Part shown: positions 36,577 to 45,231 of the stretch, one piece after another | Numbering within the stretch: the first letter of the stretch is position 1 | Layout of the letters: each line of letters starts with the position of its first letter | Sequence record: MW584195.1 | Direction: 5' to 3' (one strand) | Length of the DNA: 51,838 bases | From: Mycobacterium phage prophiGD51-2 | Translations under genes and position numbers: made by a program | The notes under the pieces: generated by a model | What the model saw: the letters and a program-made list of their open reading frames with translations, nothing else | The model's database searches: none | Told to the model about the DNA's origin: nothing

Positions 36577-38551
36577 GTACGACCGCCGGCCGATCCCGCT
36601 GGATCGGAACCCGCTCGATCAGCTCGACACCGGCCTCGGCAAGCTGCCGAAGCTGAACCCGTTCGACTTCGTCGAGTCGGTGGTGCAGATCGTCATCGAC
36701 AACCTGCACCGGATCCCGTTCGTGGGAACGGTTCTCAGCAAGCTCGCCGAGCTGCTCGGCCTCGGCTCGGCCGGTGCCAACGGTGTGATCGCGTTCCTGC
36801 AGGGGCTCGCCGGTCCGATCGACCCGTCGCGTATCCCGCTGCTGTCGCTCGGTCACATCGGCCTGTTCGACACCGGGCAGGAACCGAACCTGCTCGACAA
36901 CCCGGACTACCTCGGCGAGATCAGTGTCGACAGCGGCGACGGCTGGGCGTGGGACGACACCGTCGGTCGCACCGCTGCTGGCTCGGCCCGGGTCACCGCG
37001 GACGGCACACGCAAGGTCCGGACCTCCAACGCGATCCCGGTCACGGTGGGGCAGAAGTTCGGCGAGCTGTCGGGCTATGCGAGGTGGGCCGGCGTCACGA
37101 CGTCGAGCAGCGGCGCAGCGTTCACGATCGAGCTGCTGACCTACGCCAACGGCTCGCTCGTCTCCACGGTCAACGTCGGCGCGATCAGCTCGCCGTCGGC
37201 GTCCGGCGGCTGGCAGAAGATCCCCGGCCCGTCCACGTGGACCGTCCCGGCCGGCATCGACACCGTGCGGGTGCGCATCGCAGTCGAGGCCCGTGTCACC
37301 GCCGGTGACGTGTGGTGGGACGACCTGGTCGCGCGCAAGCGGCAGCTGCTGCCGATGGAGTGGGTGCTCGGCTTGCTGCCGAAGTTCCAGGAAACGTTCA
37401 ACACGATCGCGGACGGTCTGGACTTCGACCACGACGGCGACGTCGACCTCGACGACGTAGCGGCTGCGCTCAAGGCCATCCCGGTCGCGAACGTCGCCGG
37501 CCTCGGCGGCATCCTCGGCGGGCTGCTCCCGAAGCTCGACTTCAACGGGTTCCTGAACGGCCTGAAGGCCGCGGGCAACAGTGGCACCCCCGGCGGCACC
37601 GGCATCTCGATCATCGACGACGCGCTCAACGCGATCGTCGGGGTGCGCGGCAAGGCGACCGCAGCGCAGCAGGGCGTCGCGGAGGTTCGCGCTACCTCGG
37701 TCACGACCACCGCGGTGGCCGGCGGAACCGTCACCCGCATCTCGGTGCCTGGGCTCGGCAGCAACCCGATCACGCTCCCGAACGCCGACCCCGGCAAGGT
37801 CATCACCAAGATCGTCGTGCAGAGCTTCGGTCCCGGCCAGGGCGGGGCTCGCGGACGGGTGCAGGACGCCGCCGAGGCCGCGCCCGGAGGACTGCACGGC
37901 GGAGTGGTCCTGCAGGAGTTCCTGCCCGACCAGCTGCCGAAGAACCTCGTGGTGTTCAACGGCTCCGGCGGCGCGGGGCAGTCCGGCACCGGATACGGCA
38001 GCTACGGCACGCCGACCTCTGTGAAGAGCGCCGACGGGGCCACCACGTATGTGGAGACGGTTCCTGGCGTCGCGGTCTCCTACACGCTCACCGGCGTTTT
38101 CCGGAACGGCGCCGCAGCCGGAAACGGTGGAGCAGGCGGCGCGCGGGTCGTGTCCGGCGTCGCGAGCAACGGCAACGCGGAGTTCGCGAACTACAACGGC
38201 TCCCGCGGTGAGGCCAGCCCCGCTGGTCTCGGCGGTGAGGGCGGAACCACCGCCACCGGCTGGTTTGGCTTCTCAAGCAACACAGCACCGGCCGACGGTC
38301 TGAATGCCCCGACCACCGACCCGTTCAAGCAGGTCGGTGGCACAGGCGGCGGTGGTGGATATGCGCGCGGCAGCGGCCTCGGGGTGACGCAGTCCGCCGG
38401 GGCGAACGGCGGCGCACCCGGAGCGGGTGGCGGCGGAGCCGGAGCCATCAACGCAACCGGTGGCTTCACCGGCACGACCGCTGCGCCCGCCGGAAACGGT
38501 GGCCCCGGCCGCACCGACTTCTGGATCTATCAGCAGGAGATCGCAGCATGA
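36566..38551 (+). CDS. Minor tail protein with Gly-rich C-terminal region
   Basis: The start is uncertain: a TTG at 36566 is preceded by AGAGGCGGA, and the alternative is a GTG near 36683. The long Gly-rich tail is typical of actinophage minor tail proteins. Confidence 0.55.
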   Translation: MPRKYDRRPIPLDRNPLDQLDTGLGKLPKLNPFDFVESVVQIVIDNLHRIPFVGTVLSKLAELLGLGSAGANGVIAFLQGLAGPIDPSRIPLLSLGHIGLFDTGQEPNLLDNPDYLGEISVDSGDGWAWDDTVGRTAAGSARVTADGTRKVRTSNAIPVTVGQKFGELSGYARWAGVTTSSSGAAFTIELLTYANGSLVSTVNVGAISSPSASGGWQKIPGPSTWTVPAGIDTVRVRIAVEARVTAGDVWWDDLVARKRQLLPMEWVLGLLPKFQETFNTIADGLDFDHDGDVDLDDVAAALKAIPVANVAGLGGILGGLLPKLDFNGFLNGLKAAGNSGTPGGTGISIIDDALNAIVGVRGKATAAQQGVAEVRATSVTTTAVAGGTVTRISVPGLGSNPITLPNADPGKVITKIVVQSFGPGQGGARGRVQDAAEAAPGGLHGGVVLQEFLPDQLPKNLVVFNGSGGAGQSGTGYGSYGTPTSVKSADGATTYVETVPGVAVSYTLTGVFRNGAAAGNGGAGGARVVSGVASNGNAEFANYNGSRGEASPAGLGGEGGTTATGWFGFSSNTAPADGLNAPTTDPFKQVGGTGGGGGYARGSGLGVTQSAGANGGAPGAGGGGAGAINATGGFTGTTAAPAGNGGPGRTDFWIYQQEIAA

Positions 38552-39105
38552 CCGACGTCTACGCGTTCACCCCTCCCGGCAGCCAGCCCGACGACGTGTC
38601 GCGGTTCTACTGGCTCGCCGAGGTGGACACCGCCGAGCCGATCACCAGCTACTCCGCCGAGACCGGCCAGCTGGAGCACGGCGAACCGATCGAGTTCCAG
38701 GCCGTGCGCATCGACTGCTGGCCGGCGCAGGAGAACGTCACGTACATCCCGGCCACCACGGTCACGCCCGTCGACAAGGCCGGGGGACCGATCGGCCCGG
38801 GTCTGTCGGTGCTGTCTGCGCAAGAACATCTCACGCACGCCGAGGTGCTCGACCGTCTCGGCTACGCCCTGATCGACGAACCCGCACCAATCCCGGTCGA
38901 CCCCACGCTGCACCTGATCGACATCGTCGACGCCGCCGAGGACGTCCCCGATGAGGGGCCGGACCCGTTGGCGTGCTTCGGTGTTCGATCCACGACCGAG
39001 CTCTGGGGATGGGTGCCCGATGACAGCGGCGCGCTCGGCTGGCAGCAGCGGCCGTGGGACGACGGCGTCACGGCGTTCTTCGGCCAAGGCCTCGGCGGGG
39101 CTTAG
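38548..39105 (+). CDS. Hypothetical minor tail protein
   Basis: ATGA overlap with the upstream gene. The RBS is CAGGAGA. Confidence 0.5.
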   Translation: MTDVYAFTPPGSQPDDVSRFYWLAEVDTAEPITSYSAETGQLEHGEPIEFQAVRIDCWPAQENVTYIPATTVTPVDKAGGPIGPGLSVLSAQEHLTHAEVLDRLGYALIDEPAPIPVDPTLHLIDIVDAAEDVPDEGPDPLACFGVRSTTELWGWVPDDSGALGWQQRPWDDGVTAFFGQGLGGA

Positions 39106-39112
39106 CGCGTCC

Positions 39113-40162
39113 ATGTCGTGGATGTTCGGCTGGACCCCCGACGGTCCGCCGCCACCGCCGCGTGTCCCGAAGCGGGGCTGGTTCGCCACGTTGGCGCAGA
39201 TCGCGCAGACGACCGGTGAAGGCGACACGTTCGCCGCTGTGCTCGCGCACTTGCGAGGTACCGCAACCGGATTCGGTGACATGCGGGCGGAAGTCCTTGC
39301 GCACCTGTCCGGTCAGACGACCGGCAGCGGAGACACCCGGACCGCGCTGCTCGCGCACCTGACCGGCCGGACCACCGGCACAGGCGACACCACCGCATCG
39401 TGGCTACTGCACTTCTCCCGGATCGCGCAGACCACCGGCATAGGAGACACAACCGCTGCGCTGCTCGCGCATCTTCGCGGTACCGCAACGGGTCTCGGCG
39501 ATACGGCGACCGCAGTGCTCGCGCACCTCACTGGCACGGCATCGGGCGGCGGTTCCACCTCGGCCGGCGCAGCGTTCACCGCACACGCGCTGCAGGACGA
39601 CAGCTGGGCAGCGGCGACCACGGTCACCTACCAGATTCCCGGCTGGTCGATCTACCTCGACCTGACCGGCGTCGGTGCCGGAGGTGGAGGGCGTGAGGGC
39701 GACGGTGCCGCCGCCACGGTAGGCAACGGAGGCAAGGCCGGCCAGTGGGGCGGTCGCACCCTGCAACGCGGCGTCGACATTCCATGGTCCGCCTCGACGA
39801 TCACCGTCACGATCGGGCAGGCCGGACCGGCCGGCGCTCGCGGAGCGGGTGACGTTGTGGCATCGAGCCGCGGCGGCGCAACCGTCTTCGACTGGGGCAC
39901 CGACACTTTGACATGCCCCGGTGGTGACGGTGGCTCCGGAGTCTCGCCCTTCCCGTCCGCCGGACAGTCGCCGGGCAACTACTCGTTCGCCGGCCGCACC
40001 TTCACCGGCGGAGGCGAAGCGGCCTCCGGCAAGAACCCCGCCACACCCGGCAAGCCGCCCGGTGGTGGTGGGGGTGGCGGCCAGGGCGGCTTCTTCAGCA
40101 CGCAGAAGGCCGGCGCTGCCGGCGCACCGGGCGCGGGGTGGATTCGCGCGCGCCAAACCTGA
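39113..40162 (+). CDS. Minor tail protein with ~7 tandem 19-aa repeats '(T/A)xxLLAHLxGxTTGxGDT' and a Gly-rich C-terminus
   Basis: Protein repeats span residues ~25-150 and correspond to imperfect 57-bp DNA tandem repeats at ~39190..39560. Confidence 0.6.
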   Translation: MSWMFGWTPDGPPPPPRVPKRGWFATLAQIAQTTGEGDTFAAVLAHLRGTATGFGDMRAEVLAHLSGQTTGSGDTRTALLAHLTGRTTGTGDTTASWLLHFSRIAQTTGIGDTTAALLAHLRGTATGLGDTATAVLAHLTGTASGGGSTSAGAAFTAHALQDDSWAAATTVTYQIPGWSIYLDLTGVGAGGGGREGDGAAATVGNGGKAGQWGGRTLQRGVDIPWSASTITVTIGQAGPAGARGAGDVVASSRGGATVFDWGTDTLTCPGGDGGSGVSPFPSAGQSPGNYSFAGRTFTGGGEAASGKNPATPGKPPGGGGGGGQGGFFSTQKAGAAGAPGAGWIRARQT

Positions 40163-40183
40163 CCCGACACAAGGAGATAACGC

Positions 40184-40546
40184 ATGCCCGCAACCGACGC
40201 GCACAACATCGACCTTTGCAGCTACAAGTGCTCCAAGGGCGCGAAGATCACGCTCCACGAGACTGACCCCGGCACCACCGGCGCAGGCCTGATCGCGACC
40301 ACCCCGGCCAGCGCGACCACCGCATGGGGAGCGGTCGCAATGGGTTCCGGCGGCGACGCCGGATACGCGGTCTCGCTCGGCAGCCTGTGCAACTTCACCA
40401 TCCCGCCGGGCAAGACCGCGGGGTGGTTCGGCGTGTGGAACGGCTCGACGTTCCTCCGCGGCTCCGCGCTCGACGCGTCTCTGACTACCAACGCGCAGGC
40501 CGTGAACGTCGACATCACGCCGAAGACGCGCCACAAGGAGAACTGA
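40184..40546 (+). CDS. Hypothetical protein (tail/lysis junction)
   Basis: The RBS is CAAGGAGATAACGC-ATG. Confidence 0.5.
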   Translation: MPATDAHNIDLCSYKCSKGAKITLHETDPGTTGAGLIATTPASATTAWGAVAMGSGGDAGYAVSLGSLCNFTIPPGKTAGWFGVWNGSTFLRGSALDASLTTNAQAVNVDITPKTRHKEN

Positions 40547-40547
40547 C

Positions 40548-41324
40548 GTGGACGCGCAGACCCTCGCCGCGGCGATGGGGAACCGCCTCGGAGGCGCGGC
40601 CGAGTACGCCCGCTTCGTCGACGGGATGAACGCCGCGATGATCGCGGCCGACATCAACTCCCCGCTGCGCGCTGCTCACTGGTGCGCGCAGATCGGGCAC
40701 GAGTCGGCCGGCCTCCGGTACATGGAGGAGATCGCGAGCGGCGACGCCTACGAGTGGCGCGGCGACCTCGGCAACACGCAGCCGGGCGACGGCCGGAAGT
40801 TCAAGGGCTCCGGGCCGATCCAGCTGACCGGCCGCGCGAACTTCACCCGGTTCTCTCAGTGGGCGTGGGAGCACAACCACATCGAGACACCCGACCTGCT
40901 GGTGCATCAGCCGCAGCTCGTGCGTGAGGATCCGCGCCTCGGGTTCCTCGCCGCGTCCTGGTACTGGACCGTCGCACGGCCGCAGTTGAACTCGCTGTGT
41001 GACCGCGACGACCTCGTCGGCGTCACTCGCGCGATCAACGGCGGCACCAACGGAATCGACGACCGCCGTGCGCGTCTCGCGCAGTGCAAGGCGCTCGGCG
41101 TGGCACTGCTCCCGACCCCCACGGCCTCGACCGCATACCTGCAACCCGACGAGATTCTCGCGCAGCTCGGCCCCGGCCACCCGTCGTGGAAGCCGCTCGG
41201 CCGCAACGACAACGGCGACCCTCTCACGCTGCGCGACGCGATCGGCGTCATCGGCCGCGAGAAGGCCGAGACCGGACGACTGCTGCGGGCTATCGCCCGC
41301 CCCACCACAGGAGGTACCCCGTGA
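40548..41324 (+). CDS. Endolysin (lysin A), glycoside hydrolase family 19-like catalytic domain plus C-terminal ~50-aa domain shared with the next lysin
   Basis: The GH19-like segment is 'HWCAQIGHESAGLRYMEEI...GSGPIQLTGRANF'. The GTG start follows AAGGAGAACTGAC and overlaps the upstream stop. Confidence 0.75.
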   Translation: MDAQTLAAAMGNRLGGAAEYARFVDGMNAAMIAADINSPLRAAHWCAQIGHESAGLRYMEEIASGDAYEWRGDLGNTQPGDGRKFKGSGPIQLTGRANFTRFSQWAWEHNHIETPDLLVHQPQLVREDPRLGFLAASWYWTVARPQLNSLCDRDDLVGVTRAINGGTNGIDDRRARLAQCKALGVALLPTPTASTAYLQPDEILAQLGPGHPSWKPLGRNDNGDPLTLRDAIGVIGREKAETGRLLRAIARPTTGGTP

Positions 41325-42052
41325 CGTTCACCGTGACCCGACAGCGCGCGCAGGAGGTCCACGACCTCGCCCGTGCTCGCGCAGGCCTGCCCTACGCCTA
41401 CGGCGGTGCCTTCACACTCGACCCGAAGCGCTCGACGGACTGCTCCGGACTCGTGCTGCAGACCGCCGCCTGGTACGGCGGGCGCACCGACTGGCCGGGC
41501 AACCGCTACGGCAGCACCGAGAGTTTCCGCCTCGACCACAAGATCGTCTACGACCTCGGCTTCAAGCGCCTCCCGGCCGGCGGCGTCGCGGCGCTGCCGT
41601 TCAAGCCGGTCATGCTCGTCGGGCTCCAGCACGGCGGCGGCGGGGTGTACTCGCACACCGCCTGCACGCTCATGACGATGGACATCCCCGGCGGGCCGGT
41701 GAAGATGTCCGACCGAGGCGTCGACTGGGAATCGCAGGGCGACGGCGTGTTCCTGTACGACGGTGCCCGCGCCTGGAACGATCCGCTGTTCCACGACTTC
41801 TGGTACCTCGACGCGCGCCTCGACGACGCCGCGCCGGCCCCCGTGCCCTCCGCGCCGAAGCTGACGACCGAGCAGGCGTTGAACGAGATCCTCGCGCAGC
41901 TCGGCCCTGGTGACCCGTCGTGGAAGCCGCTCGGCCTCGACGAGAACGGCCTGCCGCTGACGCTGCGCGACGCCATCCGCATCATCGGCGCCGAGACCGC
42001 AGAGCAAGGGCGGCTGGTCCGTGCCATCGCATCGCAGCGGGGTATCCAGTGA
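41321..42052 (+). CDS. Endolysin (lysin A), NlpC/P60-family peptidase domain plus the same C-terminal domain
   Basis: It has 'DCSGLVLQTAAWYGG' with the catalytic Cys. The GTG start follows CAGGAGGTACCCC and overlaps the upstream stop (GTGA). Its C-terminus 'ILAQLGPGDPSWKPLGLDENGLPLTLRDAIRIIG' parallels the 40548 gene's 'ILAQLGPGHPSWKPLGRNDNGDPLTLRDAIGVIG'. Confidence 0.75.
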   Translation: MTFTVTRQRAQEVHDLARARAGLPYAYGGAFTLDPKRSTDCSGLVLQTAAWYGGRTDWPGNRYGSTESFRLDHKIVYDLGFKRLPAGGVAALPFKPVMLVGLQHGGGGVYSHTACTLMTMDIPGGPVKMSDRGVDWESQGDGVFLYDGARAWNDPLFHDFWYLDARLDDAAPAPVPSAPKLTTEQALNEILAQLGPGDPSWKPLGLDENGLPLTLRDAIRIIGAETAEQGRLVRAIASQRGIQ

Positions 42053-43293
42053 CGGCACCGCATCTCAGCACCGACGCCGTCCAGCTGTGGCACGGCGACT
42101 GCCGCGATGTGCTCGCGCAGCTGCCCGACGCGTCCGTCGACAGCGTCGTGACCGATCCGCCCTACGAGCTCGGCTTCGGCGGGAAGTCCTGGGACAGTAC
42201 CGGTATCGCGTTCGACCTGGAGCTGTGGGCGGAGTGTCTGCGGGTGCTCAAGCCCGGAGGTCACCTGCTCGCGTTCGGAGCGTCGCGAACGTGGCACCGG
42301 CTAGCGGTCGCCGTCGAGGACGCCGGTTTCGAGCTGCGCGACTCGATCGCGTGGCTGCGCGGCAACGGGATGCCCAAGTCGGTCGACCTGACCGGCGCGA
42401 TGGAACGGCACCTCGCGGGCGAGCGGTTCGACGACACGGGGCCGAGCCCGGACCTATACGCCGTGACCGCCTACCTGAGACAAGCTCGTGACGCCGCTGG
42501 GTGGAGCAACCGCCAGATCGACGGGCTGTTCGGAACCCACGGGATGGCAGGGCACTGGACCACGAAGGCGAGTCAGCCCGCGTGCCCGTCGCTGCGGCAG
42601 TGGGAGGAACTCAAGAGCGCGCTCGCGCCGCACCTCGGCGACGACGTGGACGAGCTCGTGCATCGCCTCTGCTCGACCGAGCGACCCGACGACTGGGGCA
42701 CCCGCACCGAAGCGGACGGCGGCAGGTTCCTCGGCTCGCTCGCGAGCGGTGGCGCTCTCGGCGGCGGTGGCGCGTTCGGGACCGGCATGAAGCCGGCCTT
42801 CGAGCCGATCGTGGTGGGGCGGAAGCCGCTCACCGGGAGCGCGAAGCAGAACGTGCTCGCGCACGGCACCGGCGCCCTGCACATCGGAGCGTGTCGCATC
42901 GGCGAGGAACGCCGCTGGCCGCCGAACGTGATCCTCGACGACGAGGCCTCCGCCGAGGTCGAGGACCAGTTCACCGGCGCCGCGCGGTTCTTCCCGACGT
43001 TCCGGTACGCCCCGAAGGCTCCGCCGCGTGAGCGGCCGACCGCCGACGGTATCGCACACCAGACCGTGAAGCCGCTGGAGCTGATGAGGTTCCTCGTGCG
43101 CCTCGTGACGCCGCCGGGCGGCACGGTGCTCGACCCGTTCGCCGGTAGCGGCACCACCGCGGAAGCCGCGCTGCTCGAAGGCTTCTCGGTCATCACCTCC
43201 GAGCGCGAGACCGACTATCTGCCGCTGATCGAGCAGCGGATCAACCGGGCGACGGCGAACGTCGCCGACGACGAAGAGGAGATGGCGGCATGA
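42049..43293 (+). CDS. Orphan DNA methyltransferase, beta-class N6-adenine/N4-cytosine type (motif IV DPPY before motif I)
   Basis: Motif IV is 'SVVTDPPYE' and motif I is 'VLDPFAGSGTT'. The GTG start overlaps the lysin stop (GTGA). Confidence 0.75.
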   Translation: MTAPHLSTDAVQLWHGDCRDVLAQLPDASVDSVVTDPPYELGFGGKSWDSTGIAFDLELWAECLRVLKPGGHLLAFGASRTWHRLAVAVEDAGFELRDSIAWLRGNGMPKSVDLTGAMERHLAGERFDDTGPSPDLYAVTAYLRQARDAAGWSNRQIDGLFGTHGMAGHWTTKASQPACPSLRQWEELKSALAPHLGDDVDELVHRLCSTERPDDWGTRTEADGGRFLGSLASGGALGGGGAFGTGMKPAFEPIVVGRKPLTGSAKQNVLAHGTGALHIGACRIGEERRWPPNVILDDEASAEVEDQFTGAARFFPTFRYAPKAPPRERPTADGIAHQTVKPLELMRFLVRLVTPPGGTVLDPFAGSGTTAEAALLEGFSVITSERETDYLPLIEQRINRATANVADDEEEMAA

Positions 43294-43775
43294 ACGCCAC
43301 GACACAGAAGGCAGTGACCGAAGCCGCGACGAACGCCGTTATCGACGTGCTCGCCGCGCAGCCCTGGTGGCGGCGGTACGCAAACACGGTGACCACCGCA
43401 GCGGGTGGACTCGTGACGCTCGGCACCTGGGCGCTGACGACGGAGCTCGCTTTGCCGCGACCGGTGCAGATCGTCCTCGGCGTCCTGGTGCTCGTCGCCT
43501 CGGTCGTCGCGTCTCGGGCGACTCGTAACGGTGTGACGCCGCGCGGCAACACCGACGTCCTCGGAGCGGTGATCCCCGCGGTGACAGCGGCGGTGCAGCC
43601 GGGCGAGGGAAGCCTGGACCGGCTCGTGCAGGACAAGGCGACCGAGGCCGCGAACGCGGTCACGGAGCAGGTCACGCAGGCCGCGACCTACGTCATCACC
43701 GGCGCTCCTGACGCTGCGGCCAAGGTCGCCGACGTGGTCAGCGAGGCCGAGCGCGCGTTCCTCGGGCGGAGCTGA
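43290..43775 (+). CDS. Holin-like membrane protein (2 TM)
   Basis: ATGA overlap with the MTase stop. The RBS is GAAGAGGAG. The hydrophobic helices are 'LVTLGTWALTTELAL' and 'IVLGVLVLVASVVAS'. Confidence 0.55.
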   Translation: MNATTQKAVTEAATNAVIDVLAAQPWWRRYANTVTTAAGGLVTLGTWALTTELALPRPVQIVLGVLVLVASVVASRATRNGVTPRGNTDVLGAVIPAVTAAVQPGEGSLDRLVQDKATEAANAVTEQVTQAATYVITGAPDAAAKVADVVSEAERAFLGRS

Positions 43776-43777
43776 CC

Positions 43778-44200
43778 TTGCGGTGGCTGCCGCGGCGCGG
43801 CCGATGGGTGCCACTGCTGCCGCCCACGTCGCGGAATGTAGTCGTCGGTCTCGTGCCGGTCGAGCCGATCATCCGCGGCGCGGACTACGCGCTCCCCGGC
43901 GGTGACACAGCGCCGCAGCTGAACATCATCGAGCAGGCCGCTCCGATCCAGATGTGGGGCGCGCTGTGCCTGCTCGCCGGTGTCGTCGCGCTCGTCGGGT
44001 TCCTCGGCCGGTGGCGCTTGGTGTGCATCGCTGGTCTGTGGCTCGGCGCGTGCACCTACGCCGCGCTCGCGGTCGGCCAGTGGGCGGAAGTCGTCGGCCA
44101 CCCGTGGCTCGACGGTGTTCGCGGACCGGCGATCGTCACGGTATTCGCCGCTGCGCAGGCCGGCCTCGCGCTCGGCTACGCGCGGCAGGGTGACGCGTGA
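43778..44200 (+). CDS. Membrane protein, lysis-associated (start uncertain)
   Basis: A TTG start lies 2 nt after the upstream stop, with GGGCGGAG upstream. There are multiple TM segments. Confidence 0.45.
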   Translation: MRWLPRRGRWVPLLPPTSRNVVVGLVPVEPIIRGADYALPGGDTAPQLNIIEQAAPIQMWGALCLLAGVVALVGFLGRWRLVCIAGLWLGACTYAALAVGQWAEVVGHPWLDGVRGPAIVTVFAAAQAGLALGYARQGDA

Positions 44201-44592
44201 GCTGGGAGGCACCCGCTGGGGTGCACTGGCTGGTGTGGTTGATCATCGTTCTCCTTTTCGGCCCGCCGGCCCTCGGGTCTAAGGCGGCGGCGCGGATTCC
44301 GGGTGTGCTCGGCGTGGCCGGCCGATGGTGGCAGAAGCGGAAGCGAGAGCAGGTCGACCTGGACGAACTCGGGCGGCTCCGAGCAGGGCTGGAGTCGCTG
44401 CGCAAGGACTACGACCGCGACGTTCCGGCCCTGCAGACCCGCATCGACGCACTGGAGGAGCAGCTCACCGCCGCGACGCGCAAGCTGTGGGCGGCAGTGG
44501 ATCACATCCGCATGCTGACCGGGATGCTGCGCCGGCACGCTCCCGGTGTGCCGGTGCCCGACCCTCCCGACGAACTCGAAGACGTGATGTAG
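44197..44592 (+). CDS. N-terminal TM plus coiled-coil protein (spanin/lysis-accessory-like)
   Basis: GTGA overlap with the upstream gene. The TM is 'VHWLVWLIIVLLFGPPALG', followed by the coiled-coil 'LGRLRAGLESLRKDYDRDVPALQTRIDALEEQL'. Confidence 0.55.
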   Translation: MSWEAPAGVHWLVWLIIVLLFGPPALGSKAAARIPGVLGVAGRWWQKRKREQVDLDELGRLRAGLESLRKDYDRDVPALQTRIDALEEQLTAATRKLWAAVDHIRMLTGMLRRHAPGVPVPDPPDELEDVM

Positions 44593-44612
44593 CCCGAACC
44601 TCCCCATGTGAA

Positions 44613-44655
44613 TAGCCCCCGTTCCAGTTCAGGAACGGGGGCTATTCGTCGTCGT
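44613..44655. terminator. Bidirectional terminator between the convergent late (+) and early (-) operons
   Basis: TAGCCCCCGTTCC-AGTTCAG-GAACGGGGGCTA followed by TTCGTCGTCGT. Confidence 0.7.
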
Positions 44656-44659
44656 GTGG

Positions 44660-44944
44660 TCAGGCGCTGCGCTGCACCGGAATCTCGCAGCGGTCGGTGC
44701 CCATCTCGCGCGTGATCCAGTCGGCGACGTCGGCGACCACCTCGGCGGCGGTGCCGACACGGTTGCGGCGGTCGAGGGACGCGTAGCCGGAGCAGAAGCC
44801 GCTCCACCTGTAGAGCCCGCCGTGCGGCGCGATCACAGCGGAGCGCTCACCCCGGCGGACCACCGCGCCACCGTGACCGTCAGCAGCGGCGCGGGTGTCC
44901 GGTACCTGCGCGACGATCCGCATCGCGAGGTGCTGCGTGCTCAC
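44660..44944 (-). CDS. Small hypothetical protein, paralog of the adjacent upstream gene
   Basis: The GTG at 44944 overlaps the upstream stop (GTGA). It shares 'GGAVVRRGERSAVIAPHGGLYRWSGFCSGY' with 'RGAVVRLEDRSAHVLRFGHAGWCWNGYLRG' in the neighbour. Confidence 0.5.
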   Translation of the reverse strand: MSTQHLAMRIVAQVPDTRAAADGHGGAVVRRGERSAVIAPHGGLYRWSGFCSGYASLDRRNRVGTAAEVVADVADWITREMGTDRCEIPVQRSA

Positions 44945-45231
44945 GCGGCTGCCACCTCCTCCCACGTAGCGGCGACGGGTGCCTCGTCGCCGCCGCTGAT
45001 CCACTCGCGCACGTCGCTCACGGTCACCGCGTGGTCGTTGGCGAGCCGGTTCTGGTGGTCCGGGTCGGGGCGACCGCGGAGGTATCCGTTCCAGCACCAG
45101 CCCGCGTGACCGAAGCGCAGCACGTGCGCGGAACGATCCTCGAGCCGGACCACCGCGCCGCGGTAGCCGACCGCAGCGGTAGCACCCGGGGCGAAGCTCG
45201 CCACCTCGCGCGCCAAGTCGATCGGCTTCAC
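44941..45231 (-). CDS. Small hypothetical protein (paralog pair member)
   Basis: The GTG at 45231 follows GGAGGTGA and overlaps the upstream stop. Confidence 0.5.
   Translation of the reverse strand: MKPIDLAREVASFAPGATAAVGYRGAVVRLEDRSAHVLRFGHAGWCWNGYLRGRPDPDHQNRLANDHAVTVSDVREWISGGDEAPVAATWEEVAAA

Noticed and set aside
37900-38551. Gly-rich DNA stretches (also 39950..40150) as possible CRISPR or simple repeats
   Set aside because: They are coding low-complexity Gly-rich C-termini of minor tail proteins. There is no direct-repeat/spacer periodicity and no CRISPR array anywhere in the window.
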